From contig JARIGK010000004.1 of the NCBI GenBank assembly GCA_029288895.1, positions 175,866 to 239,865 of the forward strand: DNA of 64,000 bases, written 5' to 3'. Both the position numbers and the translations under genes were made by a program. The notes below the pieces were generated by a model that saw only the letters and a program-made list of their open reading frames with translations, did no database searches and was not told the origin of the DNA. Of this stretch, positions 57,125 to 64,000 are shown piece after piece. How positions within the stretch are numbered: the first letter of the stretch is position 1; each line of letters begins with the position of its first letter. The DNA is from Candidatus Adlerbacteria bacterium. GTDB taxonomy: Bacteria; Patescibacteriota; Minisyncoccia; Phycocordibacterales; SBAW01.

Positions 57125-58762
57125 ATGCTGTATTTTTTAAAGACTCTTTGTGCGGTATCTTTGTGTGCTGCAGCGGCTGCGGTAAACCATTTGCCCGCTG
57201 TGTTTACGCCACCGCCCATGCCGCCCACGGCCTCGTTTGAGCAATCTTCTGTTTTGTCACTGCAGGCAAACCCGACACTTGTTGGTACTGCCGCTAATAT
57301 AAAAGCCCCGCTTATTCTTTCGATTGCGGCGCAAACGCCCCTTGATGCGTCCATCAGTACAACAACATCGCTTGCTGTAGCAGGGGGAAAGTGGGGCGCA
57401 GTGCTTCCGCCTCTCGTAAATGGGCGCTACCTCCTTTCTCTTCGCTCGGGCACAACAACATTGGCAACCAGCACGCTTGCAGTGGGTCTCAAGTCTTTGC
57501 CGGCGCTGCTTGCCGTACCATTGCCTGTCTATGATGTGGCGGATGGGCGATTGTCGCGTTTTAGCATTACCGCTGGTGCGGGCGGCCCCGTCACCATTGG
57601 GCGCATCGGGTTTTTTGTCGCAAGCAACAATGCAGATGTATCGGAGCTTGCGTTGTATGGGTTTAGCGACTCGTCCTACACCACCTCGCTTCTTGGATCG
57701 TCGACGCCGCTTAACAGCGCGCCTGTCGACCTCGACGGGCAGGTTGCATCAATCTCGCCCGACGAGCCATTGTCTATACCAACGGGGCAGACCTACTATT
57801 TTGAACTTGATGGCACAGTCACCCCAGGCGACACATCGTATACGGTTATAACAACGTTGCTTGCAGACCATACACAGCTTTCGCCCACGACGCTTGCGTC
57901 ATCGACAGGAAATTTTATCTGGACACCAAATACATTTGGTACCTCGACAGAACTCGCAGCAGACTGGCTCAATGGTTCGATGTTGTCGATTCCGCAAAAC
58001 GGTATTGTTGAAGGGCGCTCTGGTGCGCCAGTGCCTACGCCGCCCACCTGTACGCTAAACGCGAGCACCAATGTGGTGAGCAGCCAGCCCGTGGTTGTCT
58101 CATGGACAAGCTCGGACGCCGACTATGCAGTATGGAATAACAGTACGCGCGTTGGAGTCAGCGGCACGCAAACCTTTGCCAGCATCCCTGCGCCCACAAC
58201 CTACGTGCTGACGTTCTATGGAAAATACGGCACGGTAAGTTGTACAGCCGCGTTTTCGTCGACTGCGTCACAAGTGGCAAGTGGTGTTGCAACAACAAGT
58301 GCGACAACAACTCAAACAGGGGGCGGTGGTGGCACGCAGGCAAGTAGCACTTCGCCTATTGTGGATTCTTTGTTGGCGTCGACAACGTCCGGAGTCGCAC
58401 CGCTGTCGGTCAAATTTACAACCACCGTCAACACTGCAAAGTCGTGTGCTGCACTTACCTATAGTCTGGGCTACGGCGACAATTCGACAAGCACTATTTC
58501 GGTAAGCAAAAATACCTGTAAACAAGTAGTGTCGACATTTACGCACACATACCTGCGGGCCGGCACGTACACGGCGGCGCTCTATAGGGCAGGTGGAACA
58601 AGCACAAACGAACTGATCCAAAAAATCACTATTACGTCAAAAGTATCTTTTATTGATAGGGCCGGGGCGATGCTTGCAGGTGCCTCTGCTGCTATCCCCA
58701 TGGCTCTTCATGCCGTTTTCATGAAGACGGTATACTTGCTCTACGGGGCGATTAGTAAGTAG
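57125..58762 (+). CDS. Large secreted Thr/Ser-rich protein with a PKD-like domain and a C-terminal TM anchor
   Basis: Signal peptide; LSVKFTTTVNTAKSCAALTYSLGYGDNST...HTYLRAGTYTAALY resembles a PKD domain; C-terminal hydrophobic segment. Confidence 0.55.
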   Translation: MLYFLKTLCAVSLCAAAAAVNHLPAVFTPPPMPPTASFEQSSVLSLQANPTLVGTAANIKAPLILSIAAQTPLDASISTTTSLAVAGGKWGAVLPPLVNGRYLLSLRSGTTTLATSTLAVGLKSLPALLAVPLPVYDVADGRLSRFSITAGAGGPVTIGRIGFFVASNNADVSELALYGFSDSSYTTSLLGSSTPLNSAPVDLDGQVASISPDEPLSIPTGQTYYFELDGTVTPGDTSYTVITTLLADHTQLSPTTLASSTGNFIWTPNTFGTSTELAADWLNGSMLSIPQNGIVEGRSGAPVPTPPTCTLNASTNVVSSQPVVVSWTSSDADYAVWNNSTRVGVSGTQTFASIPAPTTYVLTFYGKYGTVSCTAAFSSTASQVASGVATTSATTTQTGGGGGTQASSTSPIVDSLLASTTSGVAPLSVKFTTTVNTAKSCAALTYSLGYGDNSTSTISVSKNTCKQVVSTFTHTYLRAGTYTAALYRAGGTSTNELIQKITITSKVSFIDRAGAMLAGASAAIPMALHAVFMKTVYLLYGAISK

Positions 58763-58795
58763 GTATTATAAGGTATTCGTACCAATACGATTTTT

Positions 58796-59359
58796 ATGTC
58801 AAAGAAGTGGGTATGGGCGGTAATTGTGATCGTGGTCGTCGCAGTAGGTGCGTGGTATTACATGTCGCACAAGGAAATAGGCATGACTGATGCAAAAGAA
58901 ACTGCAGCAGTAGGGAATGCTATGCCGTCGTCAACGTCAGTATTGCCAACGGACACAGCAGCAATTGATGCACAGGTTACTGCGATGTCGGCAGCAGTAA
59001 GCGCACTTAGCAAAACATCATCACCTAAAGATGTTGCTGCAGCGGCAGCGATGATTGATTCGACAACGGTACTGATGAGCAAGGTCGCTCCTAAACTCCA
59101 GGCGATGATCTCGACTGCGCAAAATGCAAAGAAGGACGTTGCTGCCCTCCAGGCTGCTATGAAGGACTTGGGAACCCAGGTTGCGTCTGCAGGCTCTATT
59201 TCAAAGAGCGTTTCGAACAACGCAAACAATGCTAAGAAGCCGATGGATGCGGCTGGTGTTGCTGCTGCGGAAGCACAGCTTTCTACAGCGGTGAGCTATA
59301 TCGTTAAAGCACAGAACGATATCCACACAGTTGCAGCTGGCTTGAGCGCACTCAAGTAA
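58796..59359 (+). CDS. Membrane-anchored Ala-rich coiled-coil protein (paralog of 39261)
   Basis: N-terminal TM WVWAVIVIVVVAVGAWYY, then Ala-rich helical sequence; shares TDTAAIDAQ with 38947/39261. Confidence 0.5.
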   Translation: MSKKWVWAVIVIVVVAVGAWYYMSHKEIGMTDAKETAAVGNAMPSSTSVLPTDTAAIDAQVTAMSAAVSALSKTSSPKDVAAAAAMIDSTTVLMSKVAPKLQAMISTAQNAKKDVAALQAAMKDLGTQVASAGSISKSVSNNANNAKKPMDAAGVAAAEAQLSTAVSYIVKAQNDIHTVAAGLSALK

Positions 59360-59380
59360 GCCTCCTCGTTTTTGGTCTCC

Positions 59381-59410
59381 AAAACCCCGCCCATGTGGCG
59401 GGGTTTTGCT
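59381..59410 (+). terminator. Rho-independent terminator
   Basis: AAAACCCCGCC-catgt-GGCGGGGTTTT. Confidence 0.75.
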
Positions 59411-59483
59411 TGTAACATAGCTCTGCTTCTGGTGTTATAGACTCCGGAAGACCTTCACACATTCATCACGAAAGGAAACACAC

Positions 59484-61313
59484 ATGTGCGGAATCATTGG
59501 CTATGCCGGCAGCCGGAACGCAGCGCCTCTGCTGCTCCAAGGCCTTCGTCGGCTCGAGTACCGCGGGTACGATAGCGCAGGGGTTGCAACACTTACATGC
59601 GAAGGTATTGCTCATCGTCGTGCGGTGGGTAAGCTCGTTAATCTCGAAGCATTGCTCGAAAAGGAGCCCCTCCTTGGCACTGTTGGCATCGGCCACAACC
59701 GGTGGGCAACCCACGGCAAGCCGACTGTTGAAAACGCCCACCCGCACACCTCGTGCAACGGGCGGGTCGCGGTGGTGCACAACGGCACCATCGAGAACTA
59801 TATCGAACTCCGCAAGGAACTTGAGGCAGAAGGGTGTACCTTCAGCTCAGAGACGGATACGGAAGTTGTCGCGCACCTTGTTGAACGGGCGCTGCGTACG
59901 GGAGTTCCGTCACTTGAAGATGCGGTGGCTGCATCGCTCACGCATCTGCGTGGTGCGTATGCACTGGCTATTATCTCTGCTGAGCATCCAGGGGAGATTG
60001 TGGCTGCACGTTTGAGCAGCGCGTTGTTCATTGGGTTCGGGGCCGAAGGCGTGATGCTTTCGTCCGACGAAGTCGGGTTCAACGGGTCAGCGTCCGAGGT
60101 GTTGGCATTAGAGGATGGCGAAGTTGCCACTCTTTGTGCCGACGGCTCGCGTCGTCTGCGCGGAGTTTCCGCCGAGGATATGCAGGCACGTATCACCCCT
60201 CCGAGCGTGTCACTGGACGACATCGACAAGGGCGGCTACCCGCACTTGATGCTCAAGGAGATCGATGAGCAACCCGACGCCATTCGCAATGTGCTGCGCG
60301 GAAGGCTTGGGACAAATAGCATCAAACTCGGAGGTGTCGAGGCTATCAAAGGACGTCTTGCTGATTCGCGACGCATATATATGGTCGCGTGCGGCACGTC
60401 CTATCACGCTGCGTTGTTCGGCAAGCGCCTCATTGAAGGGCTTGTGCGCATACCAGTCGAAGTTGCGCTTGCGTCCGAGTTCTTCCACGAAGATGTGCTT
60501 GTCGACAAAAGAGACTCCGTCATTGGTGTCTCACAGTCGGGGTCGACCTTCGATACGCTGCGTGCTATCGAGCTCGCCAAAAAGCGCAAGGCGTTGACGT
60601 TCGGCATCACCAACCGTGTCGGGTCTGAACTCGCCCAGCTCACTGGTGCGGGAATCTACCTGCATGTGGGGCCCGAATGCGCAGTCGCATCGACGAAGGC
60701 TTTCACTGGTCAGGCGACAGCGTTTGCACTTTTGGCATTGCGGTTGGCATACGAACGTGGGTACATGCAAGACATCCAGCCGCTCATCCGAGGGTTGGCG
60801 ATGTTGCCGAAGTGGGTTGAACAAGCCCTTCGAACCCGTGCGCAGATACAGTCGATCGTTGCGTCCATTTCCAAGGCGCAGCGAGCGATCTTTATCGGCC
60901 GAGGGTATGGCGTGCCGCTTGCACTTGAGGGCGCGCTGAAGCTCAAAGAAGTTGCCTATATCGATGCACACGGCTATGCCGCGGGCGAACTCAAACACGG
61001 GCCGCTGGCCTTGGTTGAAGAGGGTACGCCCGTTGTTGCCGTCGCACTTCGTTCAAAAGTGCATACAGCAATGCTTGCCAACATGGAAGAAGCAAAGGCG
61101 CGAGGGGCGCATGTCATTGCTCTTGCAACACAAGGTGACTATGAGGTGCCGTGTGTTGCAGACGAGTGCATTGAGCTTCCGGACATCCCGGAAGAACTCA
61201 TGGCCATCGTCGGTGCCATCCCTTTGCAACTGCTTGCCTATGAGTGGGGAGTAGCGAAAGGTTTGGACGTCGATCAGCCGCGTAACTTGGCTAAATCAGT
61301 TACCGTTGGGTAA
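59484..61313 (+). CDS. glmS: Glutamine--fructose-6-phosphate aminotransferase
   Basis: MCGIIGY N-terminal nucleophile, two SIS domains, C-terminal ...KSVTVG; 609 aa. Confidence 0.95.
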   Translation: MCGIIGYAGSRNAAPLLLQGLRRLEYRGYDSAGVATLTCEGIAHRRAVGKLVNLEALLEKEPLLGTVGIGHNRWATHGKPTVENAHPHTSCNGRVAVVHNGTIENYIELRKELEAEGCTFSSETDTEVVAHLVERALRTGVPSLEDAVAASLTHLRGAYALAIISAEHPGEIVAARLSSALFIGFGAEGVMLSSDEVGFNGSASEVLALEDGEVATLCADGSRRLRGVSAEDMQARITPPSVSLDDIDKGGYPHLMLKEIDEQPDAIRNVLRGRLGTNSIKLGGVEAIKGRLADSRRIYMVACGTSYHAALFGKRLIEGLVRIPVEVALASEFFHEDVLVDKRDSVIGVSQSGSTFDTLRAIELAKKRKALTFGITNRVGSELAQLTGAGIYLHVGPECAVASTKAFTGQATAFALLALRLAYERGYMQDIQPLIRGLAMLPKWVEQALRTRAQIQSIVASISKAQRAIFIGRGYGVPLALEGALKLKEVAYIDAHGYAAGELKHGPLALVEEGTPVVAVALRSKVHTAMLANMEEAKARGAHVIALATQGDYEVPCVADECIELPDIPEELMAIVGAIPLQLLAYEWGVAKGLDVDQPRNLAKSVTVG

Positions 61314-61317
61314 CACC

Positions 61318-61360
61318 ATCGCCGACTCTCTCACGAGAGCCGGCGATTTTTCTTTTTTCG
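61318..61360 (+). terminator. Rho-independent terminator
   Basis: ATCGCCGACTCTC-tcac-GAGAGCCGGCGAT + TTTTCTTTTTTC. Confidence 0.8.
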
Positions 61361-61457
61361 TAACACTTGACGAAGTTTTTACGGAAGAACAAGAAATAAA
61401 TAATAGCTGCCACAAAAGAAAAACCGTCGCCTCAGGGAGAGGCAACGGCTCTAATAT

Positions 61458-61802
61458 CTAACCGCCCAGATCGATGTGGTGATATATCTTCACGTCTGTT
61501 GTGATTTTATTTTCACGGAAGATCTGGCAAACTTTCTCACACATATCGAGTGCGCTCTTTGTGAGGGTGGGGTCGTATTCGCCGGGGCCTTTGCTTGCAG
61601 GGAGCCAATCAAGCTCAAGAACTTTGACGCCGCTACCGACAAGGTCTCCGTGCATATAGATACGCTCAAACCTGAGGCCGTCGTAATTAACCGCTTCGGC
61701 GTCATAGAACAGCCTCGTTATAAACGGGTTGTCCTTGTCGACCTCTTCGAGGCGGTCATTCCTGACACCTACCCAGATGAAGTAGCAGGCATACGTCGTC
61801 AT
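61458..61802 (-). CDS. Hypothetical protein
   Basis: Shine-Dalgarno AAAGGAG 7 nt before the ATG; 114 aa. Confidence 0.5.
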   Translation of the reverse strand: MTTYACYFIWVGVRNDRLEEVDKDNPFITRLFYDAEAVNYDGLRFERIYMHGDLVGSGVKVLELDWLPASKGPGEYDPTLTKSALDMCEKVCQIFRENKITTDVKIYHHIDLGG

Positions 61803-61967
61803 CGTGTTGCTCCTTTAGGATTGAGTATCGGACCGGAGGCGGTCCTCATATACAAGAGGTACCGTTGTGTAAGCGCCTCCTGAGCACCATATTCTTTTAT
61901 TTTTGTATAATAAAACTATTGAATAGTCAATTATCCCTATTGTTCGTTATAAAGATTGGAAAAATAT

Positions 61968-62693
61968 ATGAGAACAAAAACTCAAGAACAGATCGAAATG
62001 ATACGCCAGGTCCAGAAGGCGACCGAGGCTGCGATGGCAGCAGTTATTGAGTACGTAAAGACAGCAGATGAGCCGACATCAGAAAATGCACACAAAATTA
62101 TTGACCAAGTACTCGAGGCGCATGACTGCGAATCGCCCGAAGGAAACATTGTCGCAAGCGGCGAACAGGGTGTTGAGCCACACGACATAGGGAGCGGAAT
62201 AATACAAAAAGGCACAGTCGTTGTTATTGATATTTACCCGCGCTCAAAGACGAATGCGTATTTTGCTGATATGACACGTACGGTGTGTGTCGGCGAAGCG
62301 CCCCCGGCACTCAAAGATATGTATAGGGTAGTACTTGAAGCGCAAACGCTCGGCATATCTCTGCTGCGGCCTGGTGCGTCGTGCGGTGAGATCCATGCTG
62401 CGGTTGCAAAAGTCTTTACTGACGCGGGTTATGTAACGTCAGGAAAAGGGAAAGAATTTCCATTTGCAGAAGGGTTCGTGCACGGCGTTGGACATGGCGT
62501 TGGTTTAGAGATCCACGAAGCGCCAAGTATTTCAAGAAATAGTACCGACATCCTCCAAGAAGGGGATGTTGTCACGGTAGAGCCCGGGCTCTATTACAAA
62601 GGTGTTGGTGGCATCCGTTTGGAAGACATGCTTTTGATAACTCCCAATGGGGCAGAAAATCTTACTGATTTTCCAAAAGTATTTGAGATATAA
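61968..62693 (+). CDS. M24-family metallopeptidase (Xaa-Pro aminopeptidase / prolidase-like, catalytic domain only)
   Basis: Pita-bread metal ligands: D (VIDIYPR..YFADMTRT), HGVGHGVGLEIHE, VEPGLY, GGIRLED. Confidence 0.75.
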   Translation: MRTKTQEQIEMIRQVQKATEAAMAAVIEYVKTADEPTSENAHKIIDQVLEAHDCESPEGNIVASGEQGVEPHDIGSGIIQKGTVVVIDIYPRSKTNAYFADMTRTVCVGEAPPALKDMYRVVLEAQTLGISLLRPGASCGEIHAAVAKVFTDAGYVTSGKGKEFPFAEGFVHGVGHGVGLEIHEAPSISRNSTDILQEGDVVTVEPGLYYKGVGGIRLEDMLLITPNGAENLTDFPKVFEI

Positions 62694-62821
62694 AATGTTA
62701 CGAAAGGTTCAAAAGAAAGTATTGAAGACTCCCTCCATACATGGAGGGTTTTTCTTTTTCACCTCGCGTTCAGTGACACTCATGCATACTTTGGATGTTT
62801 ATGAGAAGGGGAATGTCATTG

Positions 62822-63682
62822 ATGACTTTTTTTGTTGCGCTCCTGATGATGGCCATACTGCCGGCATCTGTCATTGCGCAAGGTACATCTGCCACGACAG
62901 GGCAGACGCCTGATTTCGTTCCTGCAGAAGACGCTGGCACGTCTGCAAACTGGGCGGGCTATGCCGCGCAAAAAGATGGAAACGTGTACACCGGAGTGTC
63001 TGCGAGCTGGACTATACCGACTGTTGTGGCAACGGGCACGGCACCGGTGCAAGCTGATGCAACATGGGTTGGCGTTGGTGGAGTTGTGTCGCGCGATTTG
63101 ATTCAAGCAGGTACGCAAGCAGTGGTGCAGAATGGACGCGTGCAATACGAAGCGTGGTACGAATTGTTGCCCGACTATCAAACGCATATTTCTTTGCCTG
63201 TGCATGCAGATGATTCTATAAGTGTTTCGATTTCAGAAGTTGCAGAAAATAATTGGAGTATAGTGTTCGTCAATAACACAACAGGGAAGACATACCAAAA
63301 AACACTCGAGTACGAATCATCAAAATCTTCGGCCGAATGGATACAAGAGATGCCTGTCGGTGGCGTGGGAAGAGTGCTCTCGTACTTACCGCTCGATGAC
63401 TTCGGGCAGGTCGCATTTGCTAACGCAAACGCAACGGTGGATGGCCAGGTAGAGTCTGCACGGGAGGCCGACGCACAAGCGCTCACCATGGTCCAAGGCC
63501 GGGGGCACCTCCTTGCCCGACCTTCGACGTTTGGGTCTGATGGTGCGGGGTTTAGTGTCGCGCGTGCATCTGGAGGTGCGCGTATGGCAGAAAATTCGAT
63601 GCTCGGCTTGCCGAGAAATGTTGCAAACAAATCATTTTTTATCTTGTTTGGTGGCGGCCAGTTTATTTTGGTCTTCCGGTAG
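62822..63682 (+). CDS. Peptidase G1 (scytalidoglutamic/aspergilloglutamic peptidase)-like secreted protein with a C-terminal hydrophobic tail
   Basis: SANWAGYAA...VSASWTIP...ATWVGVGG...LIQAG...YEAWYELLP resembles the G1 beta-sandwich motifs; Shine-Dalgarno GAGAAGGGGA; alternative start 62795. Confidence 0.5.
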   Translation: MTFFVALLMMAILPASVIAQGTSATTGQTPDFVPAEDAGTSANWAGYAAQKDGNVYTGVSASWTIPTVVATGTAPVQADATWVGVGGVVSRDLIQAGTQAVVQNGRVQYEAWYELLPDYQTHISLPVHADDSISVSISEVAENNWSIVFVNNTTGKTYQKTLEYESSKSSAEWIQEMPVGGVGRVLSYLPLDDFGQVAFANANATVDGQVESAREADAQALTMVQGRGHLLARPSTFGSDGAGFSVARASGGARMAENSMLGLPRNVANKSFFILFGGGQFILVFR

Positions 63683-64000
63683 GTTGATGCTGGTAACGCT
63701 GTCTCTGCTGATACGTGCAGCATCTTTGTGCTTCTCCTGTATCGATGAGATGCAGGAGCCGTTCTATGTATTAGCTACTGATATCCACACCAACAAAGAA
63801 AAAGCGTTATATCACAACGCGTAATTCTTTAGTATGATTATCTGCATACAGGGCAATCGCACGTCGCGGTATGCCTTTTCTTTTTTCTCATAAAAAACTA
63901 GCAGCTCAATTCTCGAATACCTTTGCTCAGAGGTATTTTTTGCTACAAAAAACAGTCACGTGTGTGACGGTGCTTTCGCTCGTCTTTAGCACCTACGCTG

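Noticed and set aside
59360-59483. Possible glmS ribozyme in the 5' leader of glmS (common in Gram-positive-type bacteria)
   Set aside because: The leader is only ~70 nt after the upstream terminator and lacks the conserved glmS ribozyme core segments; too short for the ~170-nt ribozyme.

Overview
64 kb chromosomal segment of a mid-GC bacterium, read by eye from the sequence and ORF track only (no searches or computations run). Gene content fits a monoderm-type cell: two sortases with PNTG-anchored substrates, ComG-like pseudopilins, GatCAB, RNase J, LexA, PadR-PspC, and RND/MFS efflux pumps with no outer-membrane factor. Release factor 2 (SPF motif) is present and ORF lengths are normal with TGA as stop, so the standard code 11 is assumed. 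Core content: a pseudopilin operon, ligA, gatCA, a tRNA cluster (two or three CAT tRNAs, Asp), a GT4 glycosyltransferase, tRNA-Thr x2, prfB, ftsEX-pyrG, hlyD-RND efflux, a DEAD-box helicase, PadR-PspC, divergent alkB<>lexA, MarR-controlled MFS efflux with two adaptor genes, rnj, secG, groESL, tRNA-Ser and glmS. Accessory content clusters at tRNAs. (1) A visibly AT-richer island starts directly after tRNA-Gln(CTG). It holds two tandem paralogous multi-TM proteins (a third paralog lies after the GT4 gene), then five small unrelated genes each preceded by a copy of one of two repeated intergenic elements: element A (~90 bp, 4 copies) and element B (~43 bp, 2 copies). Element A has a palindromic GTTCYGAAC core at its 5' end, a CAGAAC half-site at its 3' end, and carries its own ATG. 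No integrase or attC-like sites were seen. This repeat-delimited cassette array is the best candidate in the window for an undescribed hypervariable or cassette-capture locus. (2) A small AT-rich islet follows tRNA-Ser: a VOC protein and a CE4 polysaccharide deacetylase. (3) A lower-GC nucleotidyltransferase gene sits behind a terminator. Other observations: Arg/Gly-rich N-terminal extensions on RNase J and the DEAD-box helicase; a Lys-rich N-terminal extension on GroES; groESL without a CIRCE element; a perfect 13-bp palindrome in the alkB/lexA intergenic region; a short RF2 with no frameshift site; a non-canonical tRNA-like CAT element on the minus strand.
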